Below are positions 63,574 through 64,000 of a stretch of 64,000 nucleotides of DNA, in pieces (the first letter of the stretch is position 1; each line of letters starts with the position of its first letter). Both the position numbers and the translations under genes were made by a program. The notes under the pieces are model-generated. The model ran no database searches. It worked only from the letters and a program-made list of their open reading frames with translations, and was not told the DNA's origin. Source of the stretch: the human T2T-CHM13v2.0 reference genome, Homo sapiens; NCBI RefSeq assembly GCF_009914755.1, contig NC_060930.1; one strand, given 5' to 3'.

Positions 63574-64000
63574 TTTTTTCTTTTCTTCTTAAAAAAAAAC
63601 AAAACAAACAAAAACATAAACGGGATCCATGTGCAGAACGTGAAGATTTGTTACATAGTATACATGTGCCATGGTGGTTTGCTGCACCTATTGAACTGTC
63701 CTTTAGGTTCCCTCCCCTCACCCCCCTACCCCCAACAGGCCCTGGTGTGTATTGTTCCCCTCTCTGTGTCCATGTGTTCTCATTGTTCAACTCCCTCTTA
63801 CGAGTGAGAACATGCAGTGTTTGGCTTTCTGTTCCTGGATTAGTTTGCTGAGGATGATGTTTCCAGCTTCATCCATGTCCCTGCAAAGGACATGAACTCA
63901 TTCCTTTTTATGGCTGCGTAGTTTTCCATGGTGTATATGTGCCACATTCTCTTTATCCAGTCTATCATTGATGGGCATTTGGGTTGGTTCCGTGTCTTTG
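63574..64000 (-). mobile_element. L1PA (mid-age, L1PA8-11-like) 3' end, runs off the window
   Basis: catgtgccatggtggtttgctgcacc...gtgagaacatgcagtgtttgg...ttccagcttcatccatgtccctgcaaaggacatgaactc. Confidence 0.9.

Overview
Primate (human-like) non-coding genomic DNA, very repeat-rich. By eye I count about 57 Alu elements or fragments (about 43 on +, 14 on -). There are also old L1M/L1P fragments, L2/MIR remnants, several DNA-transposon MITEs (MER5, MER20, MER81, MER45A, MER47, MER58B, MADE2) and about nine ERV/MaLR solo LTRs, including a 5'-truncated, CpG-rich LTR12 with an intact CCAAT promoter array. I find no credible protein-coding sequence, RNA gene or CRISPR array; most listed ORFs are Alu/L1/LTR read-throughs and the rest look like chance ORFs. 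I cannot name the locus. Repeat orientation bias suggests much of the window is intronic to a minus-strand transcription unit (inference). I see no new multi-gene system. The best novel signals are local: a ~74-bp inverted templated insertion with microhomology at both junctions (50987-51060, copied from 51812-51885), a fold-back AT-rich palindrome at an Alu tail (33606-33723), nested insertions that fix relative ages, and a possible LTR12-driven transcript. Repeat subfamily names come from recalled consensus sequences, and boundaries are approximate unless a TSD is quoted.
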